Positions 28,627 through 39,117 of a DNA stretch of 64,000 bases are shown in pieces; within the stretch, counting starts at the first letter, position 1, and each line of letters starts with the position of its first letter. The stretch is from a bacterium (lineage in GTDB: Bacteria; UBA8248). The position numbers were made by a program, and so were the translations under genes. The notes below the pieces were generated by a model, which had not been told where the DNA came from, did not search any database, and saw only the letters and a program-made list of their open reading frames with translations. The stretch is taken from contig OZ244799.1 of NCBI GenBank assembly GCA_965219955.1, positions 3,392,001 to 3,456,000 on the forward strand, written 5' to 3'.

Positions 28627-29424
28627 ATGACAAACGGCGAAGACCTGCACGGCGCGAGTTTCGACGGCTTCACGGTCGAAGTGGACGCCGAACAACAGCG
28701 CGGCGACGTTATTCTCGACCGCGGCGAGATGAACACGATCAGCATGGGCCAGCGCGAGGAGCTGCGCGCCGCCTTCGAGAGTTTGGACCGCGATGAGCGC
28801 GTGCGTGTCATCGTGTTGCGCGCCCTGGGGCCTAACTTCTCCTCGGGCGGGTTCATCCGCGGCTTCATGGAGGCCTCGCCCGAGCACGTCTCGAACCTGG
28901 CCGACAACATCGCCGCGCCCACGCGGTGCGAGAAGCCGACCATCGCAGCCAACCGCGGCTACTGTTTCGGCGTGGGCTTCGAGATCTCGCTCGCGTGCGA
29001 TTTCCGGATCGCGTCGGAGACGGCCCTCTACGCCCTGCCCGAGCAGCGCCTGGGGCAGATTCCCGGTTCGGGCGGCTCGGCGCGCCTGCAGAAGATGATC
29101 GGCATCACACGGACGAAGCACATCGTCATGCGCTCGAAGCGCATCGGCGGCAGCCAGGCGTATGAGTGGGGCATCGTCTCCGAGGTCGTGCCGGACGAGG
29201 AATTGGAAAAAGCCACAGACGCCCTGGTGGCCGAGCTCTGTCAGTTCGCCCCGCTCGCGCAGCGGACGGCCAAGCGCCTGCTCAACGAGACCGAAGACAC
29301 CTTCCTGTCCCTGGGAATACAACTGGAGGGGCATTGCTACTCGCGGCTTCGCCAGTCGGATGATTTCAAGGAGGGCGTGGAGGCCTTTCATGAGAAACGC
29401 AAACCGAATTTCAGGGGGAGTTGA
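28627..29424 (+). CDS. Enoyl-CoA hydratase/isomerase family protein
   Basis: GYCFGVGFE, LPEQRLGQIPGSGGSARL, EGVEAFHEKRKP. Confidence 0.92.
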   Translation: MTNGEDLHGASFDGFTVEVDAEQQRGDVILDRGEMNTISMGQREELRAAFESLDRDERVRVIVLRALGPNFSSGGFIRGFMEASPEHVSNLADNIAAPTRCEKPTIAANRGYCFGVGFEISLACDFRIASETALYALPEQRLGQIPGSGGSARLQKMIGITRTKHIVMRSKRIGGSQAYEWGIVSEVVPDEELEKATDALVAELCQFAPLAQRTAKRLLNETEDTFLSLGIQLEGHCYSRLRQSDDFKEGVEAFHEKRKPNFRGS

Positions 29425-29489
29425 ACGGGTTTCGGACAACTCTTTTTCGCAAACCTCCCCGGCTTCCAAGCTCGCAGTCTCCCCCCATT

Positions 29490-29871
29490 GGGGCTGTTGA
29501 AAAAGCCCTGCTTTCGTGATTCGGCGAATGGAATCGACCATGGAGGGATGAAACTTTACTCCTACTTTGCAGAACACTAACCAACCACTCCCCCCTTGAG
29601 GGTCTGGCTTCCCGAGGGGAAAGCCAGACGGTGAGCTAAGGGCGCAAGCCCGCAAGCGAATCGGTGGGGGGGATAATTCGGATGGCGATAAAACGCATTT
29701 CACCCCCCACCGAGTCAGCCTTCGCACAAAACGCTTGGCTTCCTCGACTCCCCCTCAAGGGGGGAGTGATTCCTTACTTCTCGGTTGCCCATGATACTTA
29801 AGAGGGGGAGTGAACTTACCCTTTCATCGAACGGGTCAAACCCTCGTTCAGCAACGCTTTCCAACAGCCCC
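29490..29871. mobile_element. MITE-like unit carrying a ~185-bp ACTCCCCC/GGGGGAGT repeat
   Basis: Left terminus GGGGCTGTTGAAAAA, degenerate right terminus TTTCCAACAGCCCC; cargo 29586-29770 matches 38430-38591. Confidence 0.65.
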
Positions 29872-30014
29872 TATTCAACCGGGCGTTTTGCGCTCCCCTG
29901 ATAGTTTTGTGCTACACTACATCCACATCTCGTACATGAAGTTTCCGGTACGGGCGCCATCCCGAAAGACGGTTGGCCCGCAAGGTTATCTCAGACCAAT
30001 GGGGGGAGATCGTC

Positions 30015-30485
30015 ATGATAGGTCCCATGCACCATTCCAGCAGAACGGTTTCGGACATCGAAAAGTCCATTGCTTTTTATCGCGACACCCTGGGCTTCGA
30101 GGTGGTGGAGGACATCTCCTCCGACGAGGAGGGTATCCAGTACGCCTCGACCACGCCCGAGAGCAAGCTCCGCATCGTCATGCTCCAGGCGGGAGGCGCG
30201 GTCGTGGAACTCATCCAGTTCCTGAAAGCGGAGGGAAAACCCTACGACAATCCGCCGGCGCTGAACGACGTGGGCAGCAGCCACATCGCCTTCGAGCCCG
30301 AAGACATGGACGCCGCCTACGAGGACCTCGTGGCCAAGGGCGTGCAGTTCGCCACCCCGCCCCAGGTGACGTGGCGCGGCCCGGGCCGCTACTGGCGGGC
30401 CGCCATTTTCTACGACCCGGACGGCTTCGATCTGGCGCTGTTCAAAATGTATGAGGGAGAACCCGCCGAGGCCGTCTCCGGCTGA
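30015..30485 (+). CDS. VOC (glyoxalase/methylmalonyl-CoA epimerase-like) family protein
   Basis: HH..TVSDIEKSIAFYRDTLG, ELIQF, HIAF, FYDPDG. Confidence 0.88.
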   Translation: MIGPMHHSSRTVSDIEKSIAFYRDTLGFEVVEDISSDEEGIQYASTTPESKLRIVMLQAGGAVVELIQFLKAEGKPYDNPPALNDVGSSHIAFEPEDMDAAYEDLVAKGVQFATPPQVTWRGPGRYWRAAIFYDPDGFDLALFKMYEGEPAEAVSG

Positions 30486-30514
30486 GTCCGAAACCTTATG
30501 GAGGAAACGACGCC

Positions 30515-31288
30515 ATGATGCTGAGCGACCTGACCTGGATGGAAATCCGCGACCTGATTCCCGAAAACCCCGTCATCATCCAGCCGGTGGGCTCGACCGA
30601 GCAGCACGGCCCGCACCTGCCGGTTCAGGTGGACATATCGAGCGCGTTCGAGGTCGCGAAGGCCGTCGGCGACAGGACGGGCTGCCTCGTCGCCCCGCCG
30701 CTTCCCTACGGCTACTCCGAAGTCTGGGAGAATTTCCCCGGCACCATCAGCTTCACGGTCGATACCTTCATGGCCTGCGTCGCCGAGATCACCGAGAGCC
30801 TCGTGCGCAACGGCTTCAAGCGGATTTTCTTCCTGAACGGCCACAACCCCAACCTGCCTCTGCTCCAGACCATGATGTTCAAGCTCATGGACCGCTACGG
30901 CAGGGACGGAGACAAACTCATCGTCGCGGGAAGCTATTTCATGGTGGACAAGGAGGCGTGCGACGCCATCGGCGACAACTTCCGCGAGGGCACCCACGCG
31001 AACGAGTTCGAGACGGCCTTCATGATGCACATCCGCCCGGACATGGTGCACGTCGACCGCCTGGGCGACTGGGAGTACAAGCCCGAACTCGTGCTCTCCT
31101 ATATGCACGGAGTGACCTCGGTCGTGCGCCTGCCCGACAGCCGCGTTCACAACGGCGTCTACGGCGACCCGCGCCGGGCCACGCCGGAGAAGGGCCGCCA
31201 GTACTTCGAGGCCTGCGTGAACAAGGTGGTCGAGATCGTCGAGAACTTCAACCCGGAATACTTCGGAATCCAGGAGGTCTACACCTAG
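30515..31288 (+). CDS. Creatininase family amidohydrolase
   Basis: PVGSTEQHGPHLP..D, FPGTIS, NGH, HANEFET. Confidence 0.9.
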   Translation: MMLSDLTWMEIRDLIPENPVIIQPVGSTEQHGPHLPVQVDISSAFEVAKAVGDRTGCLVAPPLPYGYSEVWENFPGTISFTVDTFMACVAEITESLVRNGFKRIFFLNGHNPNLPLLQTMMFKLMDRYGRDGDKLIVAGSYFMVDKEACDAIGDNFREGTHANEFETAFMMHIRPDMVHVDRLGDWEYKPELVLSYMHGVTSVVRLPDSRVHNGVYGDPRRATPEKGRQYFEACVNKVVEIVENFNPEYFGIQEVYT

Positions 31289-32560
31289 GGGGTTGTTGAA
31301 AAACCTTCGTGATGGTTTTGTAGCAGGACAACCTAAAAGGGTCGTCCTGCCCTCCGTGGTTGTCCTTCGTTAGGACAGGCACGGAGGCCTGTCCCTACGG
31401 TGAAGAATTCGATGATCGGGGTTCCCTCCCCACATCTCTCTCATCCTGAGTAGCGGCCCCTCGACTTCGCTTGGGGCAGGCTCCGCCCCCCCACCTTCTT
31501 CATCCTGAGTAGCCGCCGAAGGCGGCGTATCGAAGGACAATTGCGCCCAATGCGGAAGCGATTGTTCCGCACGCCGGGAGACGCCTTTTAACCCTCCCTC
31601 TTCGGTCGGGTCAAACCTTCGATACGGCGCTTTCGCGCCTACTCAGGATGAGGCTTTATGGCCACCTAAGCAGTAGGAAGGAGTTCCGCCGCGAGCGCGT
31701 GGATGCCCGCAAGGCGGCGCTTCGCAGCGCCATGCCCTTGCACGAGTTGCGCCGCGCGCGGACATGTACGCCTCAAACCTGCGCGCATATATCGAGGCAA
31801 TGAGTGGTCGGTGCAATCGCTGCCTTCCCGGAGTTGTTGAGAAAGTCTTTGCCAGGGGAGTAACCCCCCAAACCCCCTTGTCGGGGTTGTTGAAAAAGTC
31901 CTGATGAAGGAGGGTTTTGTGCGACCGAGGAGGGGTGGTTTTGTAGGTAGCGCTCCCTTCTTGGGAGCGCTACAGACATGCGGCCCTTGTAGTGGGCAAA
32001 AAAATCAGGGTCGCATATATGCGACCCCTACACACAAACAAATTTTCCTCTCGGGGTTTATCAACAAGCCCCTCAAGGGAGGAGTGATTTATTTCCTTTC
32101 GGACTTTTTCAACAACCCCTTGTCAGGGGGGCTTTTCTTCTACCCCCTCGTCGGAGGGCTGTTGAAAAGTCCTCATTACTCGAAAATAACCTCTGCCGTC
32201 ATTCCGGCGAAAGCCGGAATCCATTCTAAAGCAGAATTACTATGTTCCGGCTTTTCATCTCCTCGTCATTGGCGGGAACCAAATAGAAAATAAAAAAAGC
32301 AAAAATGGCTTCCGGCTTTCGCCGGAATGACGAACAAACCCGCCCCGACTCTCATATGGCTACACTATCAACCTCATCCTGAGTAGGCGCGCAAGCGCCG
32401 TATCGAAGGATGCCCTCTCGTCCCGGCGCGAGCCCCTCGCCCTTCGATATGCCGCCTTCGGCGGCTACTCAGGGTGAGGGGTGGTGATGCCTCTATGGGC
32501 GAGGAGAATGTTGCGCCGGTCAGTGTGAAAGTGAGATGCGCGGCCTACTCAGGGTGAGAG
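31289..32560. repeat. 1.3-kb nested mosaic of all repeat families
   Basis: MITE termini at 31289, ~31831, 31883, ~32057, 32105 and ~32156; GTAG-REPs; CGTC pair 32198/32307; CCTGAGTAG modules 31440-31653 and 32372-32479. Confidence 0.88.
31883..32119. mobile_element. MITE with perfect 19-bp TIR and 5-bp TSD TTGTC
   Basis: GGGGTTGTTGAAAAAGTCC...GGACTTTTTCAACAACCCC flanked by TTGTC at 31878-31882 and 32120-32124. Confidence 0.88.
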
Positions 32561-32614
32561 AGAGTGGTGTCGTCGATGAGGGTGGGGATGAAACCCGCGC
32601 CGCTCGGCGCAGGT

Positions 32615-33703
32615 TCAGATAGCCAGTTGGGTATCGGCGTCGAAGAAGAAGAGGTTGTCCTCGCGCATGCCCACCCGGGCTTCATCGCCCATGTCGACCC
32701 GAAGAGTGGACGGCGTGCGCGCCATGATGGAGAGGTCCTCGAAGGCGAGTTCGAGCACCTGATCCGCCCCGTAGGGCTCCAGTAGCAGCACCTTGCTCAG
32801 GTGGCCGTCGCCATCGCTGCCGGCGGTCTCGACGACGACGTCCTCGGGGCGAATCCCCAGGATCACCTTATCCCTCTCCTTTTCCTCCAGACGCTTGCGC
32901 TGCTCGGGAGACGGCTCCACGGCGAAGTTGCCGTAACGGAAGCAAAGCCTTCCGTTTTCCTGCTCCAGGGCGCCGGGGATGAGGTTCATCGGCGGCGTGC
33001 CCACGAACTGCGCCACGAAGGTGTTCGCCGGTTCGTGGTAGACGGCGTAGGGGGAGGCGTACTGCTGGAGCACGCCGTCTTTCATAAGCGCTATCTCATC
33101 GGCCATGTTGAGCGCCTCCACCTGATCGTGGGTCACGTAGATCATGGTGGTTTCGAGGCGGCGGTGGAGCTTCTTGAGTTCGGCGCGCATCTCGACCCTG
33201 AGCGCGGCGTCCAGGTTCGAGAGCGGCTCGTCCATCAGGAACGCCCAGGGTTCGCGCACGATCGCCCGGCCCAGCGCCACGCGCTGGCGCTGACCGCCGG
33301 AGAGTTCGCGGGGCCTTCGGGCCAGAAGCTCCTCGATGTTCAGCGCCTCGGCCGCCCAGCGGACCTTCTCGTCGATTTCCGCCCTGGTCATCTTCATCAT
33401 CCGCAAGGGGAAGGCCAGGTTGTCCCGCACCCGGAGGTGGGGATAGAGGGCGTAGCTCTGGAACACCATGGCCATGTTGCGCTTGTGAGCCGGTATGTGG
33501 CGCACGTCCACCCCGTCGATGAGTATCGCGCCCTCGGTGGGTTCGAGCAGGCCCGCGACCACGTTCAGGATGGTGGTCTTCCCGCACCCGGACGGGCCCA
33601 GGAGGACGACGAATCTGCCGTCGGCGATCTCCAGGTCCACGTTGTCGACCGCGACCACCTCGCCGTAATTCTTGGTCAAGTTCTCCAAAACGACCTTCGC
33701 CAT
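32615..33703 (-). CDS. Carbohydrate-type ABC transporter ATP-binding protein (MalK-like)
   Basis: GPSGCGKTT, LSGGQRQRVA, MDEPLSNLD, TOBE tail. Confidence 0.95.
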   Translation of the reverse strand: MAKVVLENLTKNYGEVVAVDNVDLEIADGRFVVLLGPSGCGKTTILNVVAGLLEPTEGAILIDGVDVRHIPAHKRNMAMVFQSYALYPHLRVRDNLAFPLRMMKMTRAEIDEKVRWAAEALNIEELLARRPRELSGGQRQRVALGRAIVREPWAFLMDEPLSNLDAALRVEMRAELKKLHRRLETTMIYVTHDQVEALNMADEIALMKDGVLQQYASPYAVYHEPANTFVAQFVGTPPMNLIPGALEQENGRLCFRYGNFAVEPSPEQRKRLEEKERDKVILGIRPEDVVVETAGSDGDGHLSKVLLLEPYGADQVLELAFEDLSIMARTPSTLRVDMGDEARVGMREDNLFFFDADTQLAI

Positions 33704-33729
33704 TCTCACTCGCTCCTATGGAAAACCGG

Positions 33730-34668
33730 CTAGCCCTTCACCGCGCCCGCCGTCAGCCCGCGCACGAAGTAGCGCTGGAACATGAGGGCCAGGGCGACGG
33801 GAATGATGACGCAGGCGACGCCCGCGGCGTTCATCCGCGCGTAGCTCACCGAAAACTCGGAGACGAAATCGAGCAGCGTCACCGTGATGGGCCGGGTGTT
33901 CATCGTCTGGGTCAGGACGAGCGGAAAGAGGAACTCGTTCCAGCTCGTAAGGAACACGAACACCGCCGCCGTGACGATCGCGGGCGCCGAGAGCGGCAGG
34001 ATCACCCGCCAGAGGGTCTGGAAGCGGTTGCAGCCGTCCACGCGGGCGGCGCTCTCGATCTCCTGCGGCACGGTCTCGAAATAGGCGACCAGCACGAATA
34101 TCGCCAGCGGCAGGGATATCGGAATGTAGGCCACGATGAGCCCCAGATAGGTATCCAGCAGCCCGAGCCCGCGGATCATCAGATAAAACGGGACGATCAG
34201 GGACACCTCGGGCACGATGCGCGACGCCAGCACGACGTAGAAAAGGGACTGCTTTCCCCTGAAGTAAAGACGCGCGAAACCATACGCCGCCAGGCATCCC
34301 AATATGACGTTGATGATGGTGACGCCAAACGCCACGACGAAGCTGTTCCACATCGAGGGCAGCACGTCCGCCGTGGGGAACGTGGAATACCCGGCCATGC
34401 TCTTGTCGAACGCCACGCTCGTGTCGGCCGGTTTCCTGAGGATGATCTCCTCGTAGTTGCCGATGTTGAGCGTGGGCGGAACCCAGTTGGGCGGCACCGA
34501 CACCACGTCCTTTTCGAGCTGGAGGCTCGAATTGAGCATCCAGTAGAAGGGCGATATCGCGTAGAAGAGCATGGCGGCGACGATCAGGTAGAGAACGACC
34601 CGCCCCAGGATGGCGGCCTGGCGGTATCTCTGAATCTCCTTGACGTCGGGAACGCTCGGGCCGGCCAT
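33730..34668 (-). CDS. Carbohydrate ABC transporter permease (MalG-like)
   Basis: EIESAARVDG EAA motif, SWNEFLF, RGLTAGAVKG. Confidence 0.93.
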   Translation of the reverse strand: MAGPSVPDVKEIQRYRQAAILGRVVLYLIVAAMLFYAISPFYWMLNSSLQLEKDVVSVPPNWVPPTLNIGNYEEIILRKPADTSVAFDKSMAGYSTFPTADVLPSMWNSFVVAFGVTIINVILGCLAAYGFARLYFRGKQSLFYVVLASRIVPEVSLIVPFYLMIRGLGLLDTYLGLIVAYIPISLPLAIFVLVAYFETVPQEIESAARVDGCNRFQTLWRVILPLSAPAIVTAAVFVFLTSWNEFLFPLVLTQTMNTRPITVTLLDFVSEFSVSYARMNAAGVACVIIPVALALMFQRYFVRGLTAGAVKG

Positions 34669-34670
34669 GA

Positions 34671-35624
34671 TCAACTCTCCTGCGGTCTGTAGAGGATCTT
34701 GATGTAGCCGATCGCCAGGATGAAGGTGGCGATGGCGATCACGTAGGAAATCGACGCGCCGGAACCGAACTGCAGGTTGCGGAACGTCTCGACGTAGGTG
34801 TACCAGGAGACGAGCGCCGTCGCGTCGCCCGGGCCTCCCTCGGTCAGGATGTAGACCAGGTCGAATGTCTTGATGGAGATGATCGAGGTGTAGACCAGCA
34901 CCAGGAGGAAGGCCAGCTTGAGCGCCGGCAGCGTGATGTGCCAAAAGCGCCTCGGGGCGCCCGCCTGGTCGATCTTGGCCGCGCTGTAGAGGTCCTCGGG
35001 GATGGCTTGCAGCGCCGTCAGGAACAGGACGGTGGCGAGGGGCACCTCCTTCCAGACGAAGGCGTTCACGAGGGTGTAGAGCGCGCGATCGGGGTTGCTG
35101 AGCCACGTCTGGTACTTGTCGATGACGCCAAGCGCGACCAGGAGGCCGTTCAGCACCCCGTAGTCGGAATGGTAAATCCATTCCCAGATGAGTCCGTTCG
35201 CCACGTAGGGCACCGCCCAGGGCACGAGGATGAGCGGCACCGCCCACTTGCGCACGCCGGAGCCCAGTTCGTTGAGCGCCAGGGAGAAGATGAGGCCGAT
35301 CAGGGCCACCGCGATCACCGACACCACGACGAAGATGACCGTGTTGATGAGCGCGTTGTAGAAATCCTCGCTCTCCAGGAACATGACGTAGTTCTCGAAA
35401 CCCACGAAGGGGTTCCTGTGGGGCCGCTTCAGGTTATAGACGTGGACGCTGACGTAGAACGAATGCAGGATGGGATAGATGTTGAGCAGCACCATCAGGA
35501 GCAGCGCGGGCCCCACGAAGAACGCCGCGATGCCGCCTTCTGTCTGCATGCGCCGGGTGAACCAGCCCTTCAGGCCCGCCTGCGCGGCCGGTTCCGCCCC
35601 TTCGGCGGAGAGGATATTCGCCAA
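34671..35624 (-). CDS. Carbohydrate ABC transporter permease (MalF-like)
   Basis: FVGFENY, LQAIPEDLYSAAKID, TEGGPG. Confidence 0.93.
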   Translation of the reverse strand: MANILSAEGAEPAAQAGLKGWFTRRMQTEGGIAAFFVGPALLLMVLLNIYPILHSFYVSVHVYNLKRPHRNPFVGFENYVMFLESEDFYNALINTVIFVVVSVIAVALIGLIFSLALNELGSGVRKWAVPLILVPWAVPYVANGLIWEWIYHSDYGVLNGLLVALGVIDKYQTWLSNPDRALYTLVNAFVWKEVPLATVLFLTALQAIPEDLYSAAKIDQAGAPRRFWHITLPALKLAFLLVLVYTSIISIKTFDLVYILTEGGPGDATALVSWYTYVETFRNLQFGSGASISYVIAIATFILAIGYIKILYRPQES

Positions 35625-35684
35625 GGAGAACCTCCATCGCGCCTCCCCCGGCCGTTTATTGCCGGGGGAGGCAACCGCTAACGT

Positions 35685-37022
35685 CTAGCCGTAACGCCTC
35701 TTCAGCCTGTTCCACTGCTTGGTCAGGGTCTTGAGCGTACCCACGATGTCGGCCTGACCCAGGATCGCCTTGTGCACGCGCGGACGCATGTACTGATCCC
35801 ACTCGGCGTACCAGACGGCCTTCTGCCCGTCCTTGGGCTTGCTGAGCGCCATCTGGCTCTCGAAGAGCTTCGCCTCGCCCCAGTTGTTCGCCGCCTTGAT
35901 GATATCGGGGTCCTTGAACAGCGGCGCGTGGCCGAAGCCCAGACCGAACTCGGTGAACCACTTCTTCGCCGTGCGGTAGGTGCCCGACTTGTCCTTGCCG
36001 CCCAAGAAGTCCACCATCTTCCAGGACATCGCCTTGCGCGCGGGGTCCTTCGCGGCCGAGGCGGTCATGCTGTAGGCCCGTGTCCAGCCGCACACGTGCG
36101 GCTTGGCGTTGTTGGCGGTCGGGATGAGCGCCATCTTGATCTTGCCGGCCACCTTGGAGGATTTGGGCTCGTTCGCGGCCCGCAGCCGGTAGTTCGGCAG
36201 GATGGCGAAGCTGCCCGTGCCGCTGCTGAAGGCCTTGAGGGCTGCGACCTCGTTCAGCTCCATGAAGCCGGGCTGCGTGATCTTGTGCTTCTTGGCCGCG
36301 TCGATGATCCACTGGATCGATTGCGCCACCGCGGAATCCGGTTTGTCGTAGCCCATGACGTTGTATTTCTCGTCGACGAACCTTCCGCCCCGGCTGTACA
36401 TCATGGTGAAGAGCATCTCGCCCATCCAGAAGTCGGCTTTCAGGAACTGCAGGAAGGGATACTCCTGAATCCCCTTGCTCTTGATCTGGAGGCTCTGCTG
36501 GACCACCTCGTCCCAGGTCTTGGGCGGAGCGCCGATGCCCGCCTTCTCCAGGTGCTCCTCGTTGTAGAGGAACGCCATGTGGCCCACGTAGTAGGGCAGG
36601 CCGTAGAGCTTGCCGTTGTAGGTGAGCGCGTCGGCGGTCGGGCCGATGAACTCTTTTCTGTACTCATCCACGCGCGGGAACTCGTCGATGGGGTACAGCC
36701 AGCCCGCCTCGACGAACTCGGCGAGGTGGCCGTCGATCATGTAGATGACGTCCAGGGGCGTTTTCCCCGTGAACTTGACGACCAGCGTGTCGTGGTACTT
36801 GCTGCCCGGCGTATTGCCGTAGTTGATCTTGATTTTGGCGAGCTTCTCGAATTCGGCGATGCGCTGCTTCACGAAGCTGATGCCGTAGGTCCAGCTGTAG
36901 AAGTTGAGCGATTTCACCATCGCCGCCGAGGGCGTCGCCCGTGATACAGGCAAGGCCAGGGCGGCCGTTCCAAGTGCGGCATTGCGAAGGAGTTTCCGAC
37001 GACTCAATCCGAGTTCTTTCAT
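35685..37022 (-). CDS. ABC transporter substrate-binding protein (family 1) with Tat signal
   Basis: LSRRKLL twin-arginine leader; YNGKLYGLPY, PPKTWDE. Confidence 0.9.
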   Translation of the reverse strand: MKELGLSRRKLLRNAALGTAALALPVSRATPSAAMVKSLNFYSWTYGISFVKQRIAEFEKLAKIKINYGNTPGSKYHDTLVVKFTGKTPLDVIYMIDGHLAEFVEAGWLYPIDEFPRVDEYRKEFIGPTADALTYNGKLYGLPYYVGHMAFLYNEEHLEKAGIGAPPKTWDEVVQQSLQIKSKGIQEYPFLQFLKADFWMGEMLFTMMYSRGGRFVDEKYNVMGYDKPDSAVAQSIQWIIDAAKKHKITQPGFMELNEVAALKAFSSGTGSFAILPNYRLRAANEPKSSKVAGKIKMALIPTANNAKPHVCGWTRAYSMTASAAKDPARKAMSWKMVDFLGGKDKSGTYRTAKKWFTEFGLGFGHAPLFKDPDIIKAANNWGEAKLFESQMALSKPKDGQKAVWYAEWDQYMRPRVHKAILGQADIVGTLKTLTKQWNRLKRRYG

Positions 37023-37415
37023 GGTCAACCCTCCATCGTCGCCCAGGAGAACTGTGCTCCCCTATGGCAGGGCGACCGCCATCGGGGGCAGATCCAAGCC
37101 TCAATCTCAATCAAGAAACCAGACAGCGGGCCTCTCGATTCTCTCGCATTTTCAGATGAAGAGACGGGAATGCGTTTTCACGGCAGGAGGCGAAACGGGG
37201 CACGGAGGCCCTGGAGGCGACGACACCACCGGTTCGCGATTCCCACTCTCCGGCGTTCGATGAATCCTCAATCTACTTCGACCAACCTTACAAGTATGCT
37301 GAAATGCTAGCAGGGTTCCCAAATAGTGTCAATTTTGCCCTTTTCGGGCAAGTTCTAGGAATATTCGCTCGCGCCGTCTCGCCGCTTCAGGCAACCCCCC
37401 CTACCCCCCCTTGTC

Positions 37416-37685
37416 GGGGCCGTTGAAAAACCCCGTTTTAGTGCGGGCGGTATTGGGGGTTATCCGTCGGTCATCCTTCCTGCCGCGCAAGCGGCCACAA
37501 AACCTCATCCTGAGTAGGCGCGTAAGCGCCGTATCGAAGGTTTGGCCCGACCGAAGAGGGAGGGTCAAAAGGCCTCTCCCGGCGTGCGAGAGCAATCGCT
37601 TCCGCATTGGGCGCGATTGACCTTCGATACGCCGCCTTCGGCGGCTACTCAGGATGAGGCGGAGAGAGACTTTTTCAACAAGCCC
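37416..37685. mobile_element. MITE with 15-bp TIR and 5-bp TSD TTGTC
   Basis: TTGTC at 37411-37415 and 37686-37690 flank GGGGCCGTTGAAAAA...TTTTTCAACAAGCCC; cargo is the CCTGAGTAG hairpin module. Confidence 0.85.
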
Positions 37686-37796
37686 TTGTCAAGGGGGCAG
37701 AGGGTTGGTTTTCCAGCCGATGACAAGGGCGGCCACGGAGGGCCGCCCCTACGGCCTCCATTCAAGGGGGCGCGCAGGGACTGTTTCAACAGCCCC

Positions 37797-38189
37797 CTAG
37801 CCGCGCGAGACGAGCTCGATGCTGATGTCGTCCGGCCCTCTGATGAAGGCGATCTTGGTCCCCGGGCCGATCTCCCACGGGTCGCAGATGAAGTCGGCTC
37901 CCTTCGCGCGCAGGTCGCTCTCGGCCCGGTCCATGTCGTCGACGACGAGGCCGAAATGATCGAGGCCGTAGCGCGGGTCGCTCGTCGTGCGCACGGGGTT
38001 CTCGCCCTCCGCACGGCCCGACACCAGAAAGCTCATGCCGTTCAGATCGAAGCTGAAGATCGGCGAGCCGCCCAGGTCGCCCTCGTCCACCACCTTCGCG
38101 CCGAACATCTCCTCCCAGAATTTTCTGGCCGCGTGAGGGTCCTCGCTTCGGAAGTGCAGGTGATCGTAACCGTAGGTGGGCATGGACAT
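37797..38189 (-). CDS. VOC family protein
   Basis: YDHLHF, GLDHFGLVVDD, FIRGPDDISIEL. Confidence 0.88.
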   Translation of the reverse strand: MSMPTYGYDHLHFRSEDPHAARKFWEEMFGAKVVDEGDLGGSPIFSFDLNGMSFLVSGRAEGENPVRTTSDPRYGLDHFGLVVDDMDRAESDLRAKGADFICDPWEIGPGTKIAFIRGPDDISIELVSRG

Positions 38190-38318
38190 CGTTTCCCCTC
38201 CAGAAAAAGTGAGCCGAGAAAGAAGACGTCTCCGTCCTCCCGGCAACTCAGGTCGAATCTGTGTATGTGTGGAAATTATAGAAGCGTATGCGGTTTGGTT
38301 GTCAAGAAGGGGGATTTG

Positions 38319-38696
38319 GGGGCTGTTGAAAAACCCCCTTAAAGACACCCCCTACCCCCCTTGTCGGGGCTGTTGAAAAAGTCAGGAGCTCTGGATTTGT
38401 CGTATGTAACCGACCGACGAGAGAGAAAAATCACTCCCCCCTTGAGGGGGAGTCGGTGAGGTAAGGGCGTAAGCCCGAAAGCGAACCGGTGGGGGGGGAT
38501 AATTCGGATGGCGATGAACACATTTCACCCCCCACCGAATCGGCCTTCGCAAAAAACGCTCGGCCTCTTCGACTCCCCCTCAAGGGGGGAGTTGATTCCG
38601 TTCCTGCTTCTTTGCCAACAACCCTCAAGGACTTGTTGAAAAAGCTGCCCCGCTCCTCCACCCCTGAAATGTGGCCTTTTTTAACAAGCCCCCCCA
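38319..38696. repeat. Nested MITE termini with ACTCCCCC-type repeat cargo
   Basis: Termini at 38319, 38366, ~38631 and ~38677; cargo 38430-38591 is homologous to 29586-29770. Confidence 0.8.
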
Positions 38697-38739
38697 AGGA
38701 AGAAGTGAAGCCTCCCCCCTCCCAGGTCAGTTCTGACCC

Positions 38740-39117
38740 TCACCCCCCCGGCAGGATGACGTAGAGGTCCTCCCCGTCGACTTCCACGGGAAAGCGCTGC
38801 ACTTTTCTCCTCCTGTTGGCGAGGCATTCCCCCGTCCTGACCTCGAACTCCCAGCCGTGCATGGGGCATGCGAGAACGTCCGCCTCATCGCGCGCGTAGC
38901 GCTCGCGCACCCTGCCGTCCTCTCCGACGGAAGCCGTGATCTCGCGGAAGAGGTTCCCCGAGCAGACGGGGCCCTGCTGGTGCGGGCATTTATCCTCCAG
39001 CGCGAAAAAGCCGTCGCTCAGCCTAAAGATGCCAAGATTGAGGCCGCCGAGTTCGAGGCGGATCCGCTCGCCGGGGCCTATCTCGGAGGCGCGCGCCGCC
39101 CAGAGCCGCCTCGCCAT
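38740..39117 (-). CDS. Rieske [2Fe-2S] ferredoxin
   Basis: CPHQ...CPMHGWEF; ATG immediately follows the upstream TAG. Confidence 0.92.
   Translation of the reverse strand: MARRLWAARASEIGPGERIRLELGGLNLGIFRLSDGFFALEDKCPHQQGPVCSGNLFREITASVGEDGRVRERYARDEADVLACPMHGWEFEVRTGECLANRRRKVQRFPVEVDGEDLYVILPGG

Noticed and set aside
26923-29727. 934-aa minus-strand ORF, and similar long antisense ORFs (18185-19606, 24688-25950, 49493-50932, 61239-63530)
   Set aside because: They mirror well-supported genes on the opposite strand and have no recognisable motifs. Such shadow ORFs are expected from high-GC codon bias.
29586-29770. Highly structured segment as a riboswitch or ncRNA
   Set aside because: A second copy lies at 38430-38591 within MITE ends and no riboswitch consensus is recognisable; treated as a repeat.
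31289-32560. Repeat-dense spacer considered as a CRISPR array
   Set aside because: No constant direct repeat with regular unique spacers and no cas genes; the units are nested palindromes.
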